A DNA stretch of 64,000 nt from NCBI GenBank assembly GCA_022605425.2, contig CM061246.1, positions 930,001 to 994,000 on the forward strand, given 5' to 3'. Of the stretch, positions 38,250-50,300 are shown piece by piece. Both the position numbers and the translations under genes were made by a program. The DNA comes from Hamiltosporidium tvaerminnensis FI-OER-3-3 (taxonomy: Eukaryota; Fungi; Microsporidia). The notes beneath the pieces are model-generated. The model was given only the letters and a program-made list of their open reading frames with translations. It had not been told where the DNA came from and did no database searches. Each line of letters starts with the position of its first letter. Position 1 is the stretch's first letter.

Positions 38250-38582
38250 TTATCGTTTAAAGGTAACAATATTGCGTTTCTTACGAGGTTTTTTATCTTC
38301 ATTCGTTATTAATTTATTTTTTTCTTTTAATATTCTATCATCATTCTTTAAATTAGTATTTTCTTCTAATTTTGTTTTAAAATCTACTGTATCTTTTAAA
38401 ATATGTTCTATGGCTTTTATATTTTCATCTAGAATTGCTATCATTTTCATATGCGTTCTATTACAAAAATAGTTGTTCTTAATGTTGTTCTTTAATAATT
38501 CGGTATGTAGATCCGATAACTTTTTTATTTCTTCTTTTAAAAGCACATTTTTCGAAGCCAACTCTTTGTTTTTTTCTTCCAT
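38250..38582 (-). CDS. Small coiled-coil protein, possibly shugoshin-like
   Basis: NKELASKNVLLKEEIKKL...ELLKNNI fits the Shugoshin_N pattern (N.eLA..N..l..ki..L....Ll.eN). C-terminal KPRKKRNIVTFK resembles the start of the basic SGO motif. Confidence 0.5.
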   Translation of the reverse strand: MEEKNKELASKNVLLKEEIKKLSDLHTELLKNNIKNNYFCNRTHMKMIAILDENIKAIEHILKDTVDFKTKLEENTNLKNDDRILKEKNKLITNEDKKPRKKRNIVTFKR

Positions 38583-38721
38583 TTATGCGTAGAATTCATT
38601 TTTTTTTAAAACTTTAAAAGCTTTAAGCAATCTATATTTAATAAAGTTTATGGCTTTTCAATAATTCTAAAAATTCAATTTCTTCAAAAAATGATATTTT
38701 TTTGACTGTGTTATGGGAAGC

Positions 38722-38735
38722 ATTGGTTCGCGCGT
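38722..38735 (-). promoter_or_regulatory. Adjacent MCB/E2F-like (ACGCGCGAA) and CCAAT motifs
   Basis: Minus strand ACGCGCGAACCAAT ~140 bp upstream of the ATG at 38582; a triple CpG in CpG-poor intergenic DNA. Confidence 0.35.
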
Positions 38736-40446
38736 AAGATTTAAATTTATTATTTTTTTTTCAAATAAATTTATACCTAAATTTGTTCCGTGTTTATGTA
38801 TGAAAGCTGTCAAAAGAGAAATAATACATAGCAGAAATCCTGCATAAATATATTAAATCATATAGAAAAGGTTTGTAAATTCAATATAATATAGATTAAA
38901 TAAGGCTCTGTTTCCAAAAAAATATAAAATCAAAATGTAAAAACATTTTATGAAAAAATTAAACTTAACATTTGGATATGCGACGAAATATGAGCTATTA
39001 TTGCAAAATTTCATAGAGTCTTACCGCAATAATAGAGAATAAATAAAATATTTAAGAAAATTTTAAGTAGTGAAATAATATCACCCCAAAATCATCTTAA
39101 ATGATTGATAATTTTCGAACGATAATTTTTTTCAACTCCTACTGTTCGATTCATTTCAGTATTTTTTCGTTTTTTCCTCTTCTAAATTTTTTATTTTTTC
39201 AATTTCTTAAATTGTTTAATACTTTTGTACATTTTAGTTTAAACGTAATGTTTTTTTTCAGATTTTTTTATAGATAGAGGGTAAAAAAACTATTTTACAG
39301 CTTCAATTTTAATTTATTAAATATATTTTTTTTAACTACAAATATTCATGAAAACCAAAAAAAAGACATTTTTTTTATTTGAACAAATCTGACATCTTAT
39401 TTTTTTCTGCATTTATGCTTTCTGTTTTAAATCTATGAAAACCCATATATCTATGAAATCGTTTTCCTCCATACCATCTATTTTTTTCATCAATCATTTC
39501 GATTACAGACTGAAGTTGTAAATCATCTACAGGGTATGATAATTTACCTTTATTATACAATTTTATAACTCGGTTTCAATCTGAAGTCCGATATCTGGTC
39601 TAACTATATGTAACCTCAAAAATCTTTTAAAAGTTGATGTATTCATGATATTTGATAGTGTCATAAATTTTAAATTCATCAAATGACTGTGATTTACAAA
39701 AAGTGATTTTTTTTAAAAAATATTGTTCTAACAAATAAAGTTTTTGGTTTTTTTACACCATTAAAACCGTTTTACATTATTTATAACCAATTTGATATTA
39801 AAGTAAATTTAAACTGTCAAGCATAGAGTTAAACGAACTAGACCATCAGTATCAATGATCTAAGTAATATGCTCCAGTCGTTAATTTTTTTGTTTCAAAA
39901 TTTTAAAATACTGTTTACAGAAGTTCTACACCCTATATATATTTTATAGTTCATTCTTTAAAATTTTTCAAATATTTTTATATTATGATGATCACATGAG
40001 ATGATCTGAAGTGTCATTATAAGTAAATACCATAAAAGGACCGCGAGAAGCTCCAAATATTAGTTAGAATAGAAGCATATTTTTCCTTAATAATACCCAA
40101 AAAAACAGCCTAAACCATATTTTTGATCTACGAAAGCCTTTAGCGTCAGACCAAGTACGGATAAAAGCGGGAGAAAGGTATCACATGATCATAAAGAAGA
40201 AATAAAAAGACACTTTCGGCTCATATAATATTCATAGATAAAAATGTGGAAGAAGGTTTTAAGCAAACAAGCACCAAAGTATGTATTAAATGCCTGAAAG
40301 CAAAGCATTCGCCAAAAAAGTGGAAAAGCAATTAAATATAAAGAACGGTCAAGTAATTTGAGCAAATAAGTTGAATAGTTAAGAAAAACGAGCAATAAAA
40401 ATACCACAGCATTAAATAAATTTAATTGAATGTTATTAAATCTAGA

Positions 40447-43400
40447 CATGGGTAGAAAGGATAATGTTGGCAGCAAGTACAAAAAAATAATAAAATAAAA
40501 GCGGCGAACGATGCTGATGGGGTGAATAAAAGTGAGGATATGTTACAAAACTGTGAGCAACACCTACGGGCAAATTCCTTACCTTCCTCCTCTTACCCAA
40601 CAACCACACATCCACCACCAAGCCAAACATGCAGTAACATGCAAAATAGTGGACTTGACACCTTAGCTTTGCCTTATACACCACTTCCCTCTTCAGTTTA
40701 AGTCTTTGCGTGCGAGCCATCGTACGACATGACAAACCTTGTACTCTGGCTATTCCAAAAGGTAACAGGCTAATGACATCGCGGAAGATATTAGATTCCG
40801 TAACAGCTGACTCGAAGGAATAGTCTCGAATTGTTTTTTTGCCGAACAGACAAGGTTGAAAGAATGCCAAGAAATGGCTGGACAGAACTTCAATTGTTCC
40901 ATAATAAGAAATTCGGTTGCGCTGTAACACTCGAATTGTTAAAAAATAAGTACAATGTGAGATGGTAGAAGAATCAAAATCAGAACAGGATAGAGAGCGA
41001 CGTGGAATCGTATCTTTTCTAACGCTACATGCCCCTTAACCGACACAACTGAATACATATACCTGTGAGATAAATTTTTGAGTAAAATCAAACAAATCTC
41101 GGAAAAGGAAATTGGAAAAGTGATGGTCCGAACTAGAAAACATCCAAATGAATTGGTTGATAGTGAAGTTTTGGACCTTGTTAATCGAATTATCGGTGAG
41201 TATGCTGATTCTCATGTGATATTGACGATAACTGACGTGACACGGATAATCCAGGCAGCGCATGTATTCTATGACGAGCAAAACGTAAATAGAAGCCTAG
41301 ATCCGCTTGGAAGGAAAATATAGAAAGTAAAATTTCTAAGTTATTACTTTCCAAAGATATCCTCGAGAAAGCTCGTAAGCAGAAAAAGCTTTCCTTTTCG
41401 GAAACGAAAAACCTCAAGAAAATCATGCGAGAATTTAATTTTAACTTGAGCAGTGTAACTGATCTTTCTGAAGCCAAAGTTAAAAAGAACGGGTCGTTGA
41501 ATGTTTACGAGAAAAAAATTATGATGCATGAAAGTAAGAAGCAATTCCGAAAAGAGAATCGTATGTTTGAGGTTTTCCAAAGTCGATTTTATCGAGAGTT
41601 AACTGAGCGTGTGGAATCCGAGCATGTGGTCAGTCGTGATGAAATTGTGAGTTTTTGGTCTACAATGTGGAACAAAAACGATGACACAGTCACGTATGAT
41701 GATTATTTGATACAAATGGAATCAAATAATCATCCGACCATGTTTCCTTCACTTGATCAATTTTCAAGTATCATTAATTGGCTTCCCAATTGGAAAGCTG
41801 CTAGAAATGATGGCATTCACGATTTTTTCATTAAGAAACTTACAAATCTTCACAAATATCTTTATGATATTGCGAAAGCAGTATGTTTAGAAGTAACACT
41901 TCAAGCGGATTGGTTCTCCTCGGGCTTACGTATTTGATACCAAAAGAATTTGGTAATGAGGCTCTGACTATAGGCCAATCACTTTTATGTCAAACCTCTA
42001 TAATTTAACGATAAAGTGTGCAACGAAAGTCGTTCAACTTGAAGTGTAAAGGCGAGGATTGCTTTCAGAGAATCAATTAGGGGCGGTAAGAGGTGTGTAA
42101 GGAGCAAAAGAGCAGGCCCTACTGAATATTGCTTTAAATATTGAGTATGGAAACAATCTTTAGGCAACATGGATAATTTTAAAAAGGCTTATGATTCAAT
42201 AGATCATTCTTATTTAACTCAATGCATTGAAAACCTTAATTTACCTGATTGGATCCTGAAATTTATTAAGGTAATTATATCGAAATGGAAAATCAATATT
42301 TTAGTAGGGCCTTAAAAAATCATGAGCAAGAAGATTGAGAGAGGGATTCTGCAATGAGATAGTTTGTCACCATTGTTGTTTGTGTTAGGTATGGATCATT
42401 TAAGCCGAATGCTTAATGAAAAATACACAAAAGTGAAAATACATAACGATGCATATACTCTATCTATCGATCTTATCTGGTCATTAATAATCTTAGGAAT
42501 TTTGCACTTGATAGCTATACATTAGAAGCTATGACAGATAAGGAAAAACAATTTGAAGATAATTTGATTAGAAATAACAAAAATACAGCGACAAATGATA
42601 ACTGTTGTTAAGATAATGCTACTCTTCTTAAGACATACGTGTTTATAAATATTTAGGAATAATAGAAGATAGCAAAAGTAATCGAACACGAAACTCATTT
42701 GATGAAGTACAGAGCAAACTGATAGCAAGAGTAGAGAGACTTTGTCGCACAAGATTAACCTCAAAATATTTATTTTATGCAAGCAATCAACTATCACATA
42801 GGAGTACTTCGACTTGAACCGGCTGACTTCTCTAAGTTAGATGATGCAGTGCGTGCGGTGTTGGTGAAGAATAAGATACATCTCCGCCCAGGATGTAAAG
42901 AGCGTCTATACCTTCCTAGAACAGAACTTGGAAGAGGCCTACATAGTGTTGAGTTGCGAAGCGAACATATGCTTCTGCAATTCTTGGATCGTCTGGAAAA
43001 ACATAAAGATACATCGAACAGAAGAGCAGCAATCCTAAAGGTTGAGAATAATATAACCCACCTTTCACTAATAAAAGGCTTCTTAAAAGTAAAGTACAGC
43101 TTGGTAGAAGAAGTCACTAAGAAAAGTTTAGAAGAAGCTCAACTTGCAAAACTATATAACGAAATAGAAAAACGAAAACTCCATTTAAAATTATATAATG
43201 CAAGGAAAAATGAGCTTGTGAGTGTTAGTGACTCTTCAAGATGGCTAAAGAGAGGAAATATTAGGCCACGAAATGAAGCTGTGTTCTGCTATATCCAGGA
43301 TAGAAATGTATTCTGGGGAGCAGATGGTGTGTGTCAACATTGCGGCAAGTCTGGTAAGACTGTGGATCATCTAGCAACTAGATGTGAAAAAATGCTAGGC

Positions 43401-44211
43401 CATGACTATACCAGACGGCATAATGAAGTGGTTAGATGCCTACACTTACTTCTCTTAAATAGATATAAGTTTAAGTCCTCAAAACGAATTAGGAGTCACT
43501 CAGTTCAAGAAATTCTTGATAATGAGTATGCAGAGATAAGAGTGGACACCAGAATTAAAACTGATGTTAAAATTCGGAATAACAGACCGGACATATTTAT
43601 TTTAGATAAGAATAAGAATAAGATAACACTCATTGAAGTAGGAATCACTTCCCAAGATTCACTTCAAATAGTTGAAACTGAAAAACTTAGGAAGTATGAC
43701 CTGACCTGCTAGCCAATGAGTTGGGTCTTATTTATAAGTGTGGTGTTGAGATAATCCCCTATGTGATGACCTGGGACGGTATTGTGACAAAATACCATAA
43801 ATCTCATCTTAAAAGACTAGAAATACCCATGAATGTAGAAGCATACATTCAGTCCATAGTACTTAAGAAGACGGTTGAAACAATTTTCTTTGATCGGCGA
43901 AGAGGACTTAAGTCATGACCAAATGCCGAAGAGAGCTGAGCGAGCGTACATGGGTGTTATTATGGGAGCAGAGATGCATGAGGAACCAACATTCACTTTA
44001 AAACAAGCAAGTACAAAGGAATATGGTGTTAAAATAGAAAATAGGAAAAACAACACATCTTTTATTTCATAAGGAGGAACCACATTTGAGAAACCGACGA
44101 AAAAGATACGCAGAGTCGGATTTAGAAGAAGAAACAGTAGTGGTAAAAGAGTTAAAAGAAAATATATGAAATTATTAAATATGTATTAACCCAGAATTAT
44201 ATTAAATAAAA
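40447..44211 (+). mobile_element. Full- or near-full-length decayed R4/Dong-clade LINE (3765 bp) with 12-bp TSD
   Basis: Collinear with the intact copy across N-terminus, RT, CCHC and RLE, with many stops and frameshifts. Perfect ATTAAATCTAGA at 40435-40446 and 44212-44223. Confidence 0.95.
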
Positions 44212-44480
44212 ATTAAATCTAGAAATATAAATAGAAAGAGGTTTTTTCTATTTTTATACAAACAGAATTGCTTTAGGTAGACAATCTAGCAAATCACAAC
44301 AAAAGTGTAGCTGGAAAACCTTTAATTGGCTAAGCTCTAATTCAGTTGTGAATAATATTTCATCAATAGGGAGGAAAAGCAAAAGAAAAAAAATCCAATC
44401 AAAAAGGATTTATAAAATTTTTTTGTAGAAAAATAACCGAATTTAAAAAAAAATATCTCGGTGATTTAATCTACAAACAA

Positions 44481-45413
44481 TCATTTATATAATTCGGTAT
44501 TGGTCCGACCACGAAGACACACCTAGAAATGTTTAATTGGTTAAAAAAACCACGACATCAATAAGAGTGCTTCGATTAGAATATGACTTTTTTGATTTGT
44601 TCATAAATCTTACACAATCAATAATAGTTTGCAGATTCGGAACGTGAAACGCGTAGAAAGATTCTATAGGTTCAAAAAATATATTAATATATTGTAATTC
44701 CTTTTTAGATTGTAATATGTGAAAAGAATAACATTATAAAGTTATTCTTTTAATTTTTATAAATTTTTGATTTTTAAAAAAAATTTAAATCAATTTGTGC
44801 TGATTTTTTTTCTAAAAATTTAACGATAAACAAACAATTGTATGATAATCTTGATGCTTTTTACCTTTACTCAGTGCAATTTATTTATATCCGGCATAAT
44901 TACATGAATCATTTATTACTTGAATAGCTTCATGAGAATTTCTGCCAGATTGAGTGAAAAATTTTTTAATATAAATTACTAGGAAGTCATATAACAAATG
45001 AATTTATAATACAGCATATTGTTAAAAAGAACACTTATTTCAGATAAAAAAAATTATTTACAGGAATAAATGCCAGCGAAAAACTAAGCTGAAGTGATAA
45101 AAATAGATAGTTATCTTGATTGAGTCAAAAAAAATAATTAGCATAAACTGCTATAAATTTAAACCTTGATAAAACAGAAGTAAAAATATGAAGTAAAGAT
45201 ATTCTGAATTTTTATTATGAAATTGCGAAAAGACGGCCAATCATGCGGATGTAAAAGACCAAGAAAATTGCGAGTAAACAGATTATGAGAAGAGATAAAA
45301 GCCCTAATAATATGGTAAACTCCTATAGCTAGGCTAATGAAGTTAAAAAAGATAATATAATCTATGTATTTTCTATGCAAAATTAAATTCGTTTCCACGA
45401 GCTTAGCAGCTAG
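44481..45413 (+). mobile_element. Non-autonomous Helitron, copy 3 (933 bp, most diverged)
   Basis: A|TCATTTATATAATTCGGTATTGGTCCGACCACGA ... TTCGT-TTCC-ACGAG hairpin, CTTAGCAG, CTAG|T. Shares GAAATGTTTAATTGGTTAA and TTTGTTCATAAATCTTA blocks with copies 1 and 2. Confidence 0.8.
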
Positions 45414-45429
45414 TGTAAAGTAAAGTATT

Positions 45430-47057
45430 ATCTGGAACTTTAAAATAAATTGAAATTCAGATATTATCGCTTTTGAATGTCAAATAGTTACTTTAACCTT
45501 TGTTATATTTCAACTTAGGAATTGAATTATAGAGAAATATCATAGTATGTTAAGCTCTTTTTATAAAGTTTCAAATTTTATTATCCTGAAATCAAGCAAC
45601 TAAATAAGGAATTCGTATTTTTATAATGCCATGAATAATTAATAATCAAATGAAAAGGCATACTTAATTTCAGCTACCCTACTAGAAATTTTTTAATACA
45701 AGTATAATTTACTGAATTTAATTTAAGCATAGATCAATTTAAAATTGTTTTTACGCTCGCATTTATTCCTATGATCTTTTAATTCAATAATTTTTCAAAA
45801 AAACCTTTGTTTAACTTCATTTAATCTTGATTTGCTTAATTACAAACTTCTTCTAATTTATAAACTTCTATATATTTCCCAGATGTTCAAAATTTTTTAA
45901 AGGATCATCGTTCGTTGATGTACTATCCAAAACAAGAAGTGCAATATTTTAAATCCAATTGACTCAAGATCATCTTCTCTGTTTATGTATAGTAATATAG
46001 GCAAGGTTTGTTCCTTTATTTCAACCACTTTGATTATATTTCTGAAACACCTTTCCAAATCCAATGAGTATTTTATAAACAGAGCCAACACTATTCTTAG
46101 AGCAAAATACATGGATGCAATTTTTTTTATGATTATCAACTGCGTTGTATCTATTCTTAGCAATATTGAGCTATGAAATATATTTTATTTTAATTTTGAA
46201 CGAAACAATTCAATTACAACAAAATTATATTATATCTATAATACACCGTAAATAAGATCTAACACATTAATTAATCGACCTAATTGTTATTTTTTTTTCA
46301 ACAATTTAAAGATTATCTTGTAAAGAGGTGCTGAATTTGATTAGAATTATCCTATTTAATTTCCTATTCCAATTAAAAATATATAGCCTAATAGTTAGAT
46401 TTTTAATTTAATTTTATTATGGCTTCACTTGATTCCCGCATATTCTGTTTCGAAGTTTCCTCTATGGTAAAATATATAACATTTATTTTTATTACAGTAA
46501 AGATTTTGTATTACGATGATATATAATCCATAATCTATATTTTTAAAAGTTGTTTCTTCACCTTTTGGTTTTGAAATTATTGAAATAAATTAAAATTTTC
46601 TAATTTATAAAATGAAATAGGATTTTGATTCAAAAAGAATTTATTGTACAATAGAAGTTGTTCTGGTTTGTGATTGAATAAAAATAATAAATTCTTATCA
46701 TTATTAGCAATCTATTTTCAATACCAATTCAAATATTCTCATTTGATTAGAATAGCTATTTCTCCAATACAATAATTTTAAAAACGATGTCTAACGATCT
46801 ATGTTTTAAAATATATTCTTTGAATTTATCAATAGAAATATTTCAAGTATACTAAATTTAATTTAAAGAGTAACAAATTAGCAAATAAAAGAGTAATTCA
46901 ACACAATAGACTCTAAATTTAGACATTAAATATATATTCAAGAAAAAACTTTAATTAAATCAACTCATCATCAAGCAAATATAAATTAGGACAAAAAATC
47001 GCACCAATTAAACAATTTTTTACTATCAAAACTCTTAAACATATTTATTTATTACAT
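45430..47057 (-). pseudogene. Probable decayed lineage-specific gene, divergent from NOT1
   Basis: CCCC-ATG at 47061-47055 is immediately followed by TAA. Protein-like fragments lie downstream (45897-46163). Extent is approximate. Confidence 0.3.
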
Positions 47058-47374
47058 GGGGTGTCTGCCCATTTTTAATTATATTTTTTTCAAAAAACTT
47101 AAATTTTATCAACCCAAGACAATCATAATTTCAATAAATATTCTACGATTCCTTTATAGAGTCTGCACAATTAATGAAAATTATTTTAATCAAAAACATC
47201 AAAACAAATATTAAAATTCATAAAATCCAATGAATCTCAAAATTATAAATTATTTAGTTTTTCTTTAAAATAAATTATTTTTTAAAAAAATCCAATTTAT
47301 TGTATTGACCCTTTTTTAATTCAATACAAAGAAAAATAATTTCTTTTTAGTGCAATAACACTAAGCCCTCGAAA

Positions 47375-50300
47375 ATGGATATAAACAACGATCATATTTT
47401 AAAGCATCACTTTCAACTTATTTCACCACAGAAACTTACAAAATCATTTGTAAACTCAATTATTAATGAAAACACCACCAATACTCAAATAACCAGCTTA
47501 ATATTTTATTTTATATCTTCTGATTTACCATGGGACTATAAGGAGATATTTTCATTGATTAGTCAAAAGGCGACCCATTTAAATTGGAATGAAATTTTTT
47601 TATTTGATTCTACAGATTTTAATCCACCCGATTCTAGTTGTTTTAAACATATTTTTGATATTTGGAATGCTGTTACAAAACAACCATTTCCGTACCAAAT
47701 ATTCTTTAAAAAATGGAAAAATTCAAGAGCTCAAGATTTCTTTATCATTTTTTATCTAAGCGATCCGATTCCCATCACCCCTATAATCACTAATATTCCA
47801 CTTAAATATTTAAAAAATATAAAAATTGACCATCCACTTAATTCGATAGAAATATTTACACTTTTACCATTTTATCCACACCATCTTATTACCCTGAAAA
47901 AATTGTCACCTTTTTATACAATTTTTGGTCTTTGTTTAATTTATCCCAATTTTTTTTCCGTACTTTCAGAGCTGTTTATAGCTTTCACACCAGAAAATCC
48001 AAATTTGATTTATATTATTTTTAACTTAAATCCGACTCTTTGTATTACTCTCACTTCATTGCTTAATTCCAATGTAATGTCACTCTCGCGTATTTTAGAT
48101 CTTACTTTGGAATATAAAATGCTTCCTTATTTGAGTGAAACACTTATGCCACCATATTTTTGTTTCGATATAATAATTTTGAGTTCAAGACGTGATCATT
48201 TGAATCTTTCGTTATGGATAACAAATACCTACGCAAATAGAAAAGAAAATTTCAGTCAAACTTTTTTAATGTATTTATACGACAAATTTTTAAATGAAGA
48301 AAATTCAAAAAATAAAATTCGATCAGAATTTTCATATCGAAACGGCAATGCAGTCCAAGAAACCGATGAATTTTTTCCTTTAAATGCCGAAGTAATTATT
48401 TCTATAATCCAAACATTAGATATTCTTTCGAAATCTTTTTCCAGAGAAACAGTTTTATTATTTTCCAAATTTAAAAATGTTCTTCCTTTGGAAATTAAAA
48501 GTCTGATTTCTAAAAAAACAACTCTCGACCAACATGCCAATGAATTTATTTCTTCAATAATAAAAAATAAGAAACGTACTGATTACATTGCTTTACTCTC
48601 AAAGTATGTTAAAGGAACACCACAAGAAAAAGATTTAGCATTGAAAATATTTTCTTTGCTTTATTCCAACTTTTCATCGCTTGCAAAAGTTAATTCAGAA
48701 ATTCTTTGTGAAGTTTATGCGAAACTTTTAGAGAAAAAAATTTTGACTCCTTTTTATCAGAAAAAAATATTATCTGTAATTTCTAACGCTCTTAAGTTAA
48801 AAGACACTCAAATTAGAGAATACCAATTTGCTTTAAAAATATTTGATATGATTGTAAATTGCATAAACGATTTCCCAGAATTTGAAAGAGAAGTCAGAGA
48901 AATAAATGGAATTTCAGAAAGAATAGGAGGAGAAGGAATAGCTATTTATGAAGAAAGTGAGGATGGAGAAATGACCAGAATAGAATTTTATGAAGCAATT
49001 TATTCTTCAAAAAATAGAATATATTTTTCAAGAAACAAAAATAACAGCGGAATTATAAATATTTTATGTTCCTCGGATTCTAATTGTGCTTCTGAATATT
49101 TCAAATACGGCAGCCAAGAAATTTCAATTTCGTTCGAAACAGATTTACATACATTGGTTACCATAACCAATAATTTTTTAAAAAAAAATCCTGAGTCGTA
49201 TATTTTTCTTGTAAAGCACATTTTAAACGATCATTTGTGTAAAGAAAAAATTACTCCTCTCACTAATTATCTGTTGTTAGTCAAAGATCCGTTTTTAACC
49301 TTTTTTATTGGAAGGTCTCTTAATGTCCTTTATTATATAATAGATCTCAAACCACATAAATCTTTTGCTTTGTCTTATGCACAAGATATAGGAGTGCTGA
49401 TTGGTAGACTTACTTTATCACAAAACAAAATATTTCCTTTAGAAATTTTTGATTGTAAAGCATTTACTCTTTATGGAATTAAGAAGCATAGAGTTATTTT
49501 GGTTACAACTTTTTTAACTTGTTTTCTTTCACAGTCAATTAATTCTTTGGTTTTTAAACCAAACAATCCTTATATTTTGATGCTTTTACAGCTTTTATCA
49601 AATATTTATCATTCATTTGGATTGTCTGTTATTAGAGAAAGAATTACGCATTTATTTAATTTATTGAATATAAATGTTTTGAGGAAAACACAGTCTTTTT
49701 CTTATTACAACTATTTGACAGAATATATATTGGGAGAGGTTGATTCGACATCTAGGCATATTATAAGTATGGCTATTGATTTCAGTATCAGGGAAATAAG
49801 TACGTGTATTTTGGAGCGAATAAGTGGAATTGCGGAAAAAACGAGTGTAGGGATTTTTTATTTAAACTTGGAGGAAGATGTTATGCCTGATTTTATGCAT
49901 GTAAATACGCTGATGCTCAATCTTGTTTCTGCACTGACTCATGTGACATCTCATGAACCTATAAAGGCCAGTATTTGTGCAAATATTTCACATTTTTTGA
50001 AGTTGGCTAATTTAGAGGTAGAAATGGAAAGAATTAATGAAATTGCCGATAAAAATGTTGAATTGTGCTGTAAAATAATCGAAAAGGTCGGTATAAGTCG
50101 TATTTTATATGGAGGCGGTGTTCGTAAGGTTGATGATATAAAAATAAAGAAAGCGACTGAATTATTAAAAAGTAGAGAAATGGTCGTGGATTTTGATCAG
50201 AATGATTATGAGTTTGACGATTTTGAAACCAAGCCTATTAATGCGCATAAACAAACTAAAGATATATCTATAGAACCTAACGATTTGCACAAACAAATAG

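Noticed and set aside
39950-40430. Possible Merlin/ISXO2-like transposase remnant
   Set aside because: Only vague similarity; catalytic motifs are not recoverable.
43697-43706. 5-bp duplication TGACC causing a frameshift in the LINE copy
   Set aside because: Most simply replication slippage; no evidence for an excision footprint.
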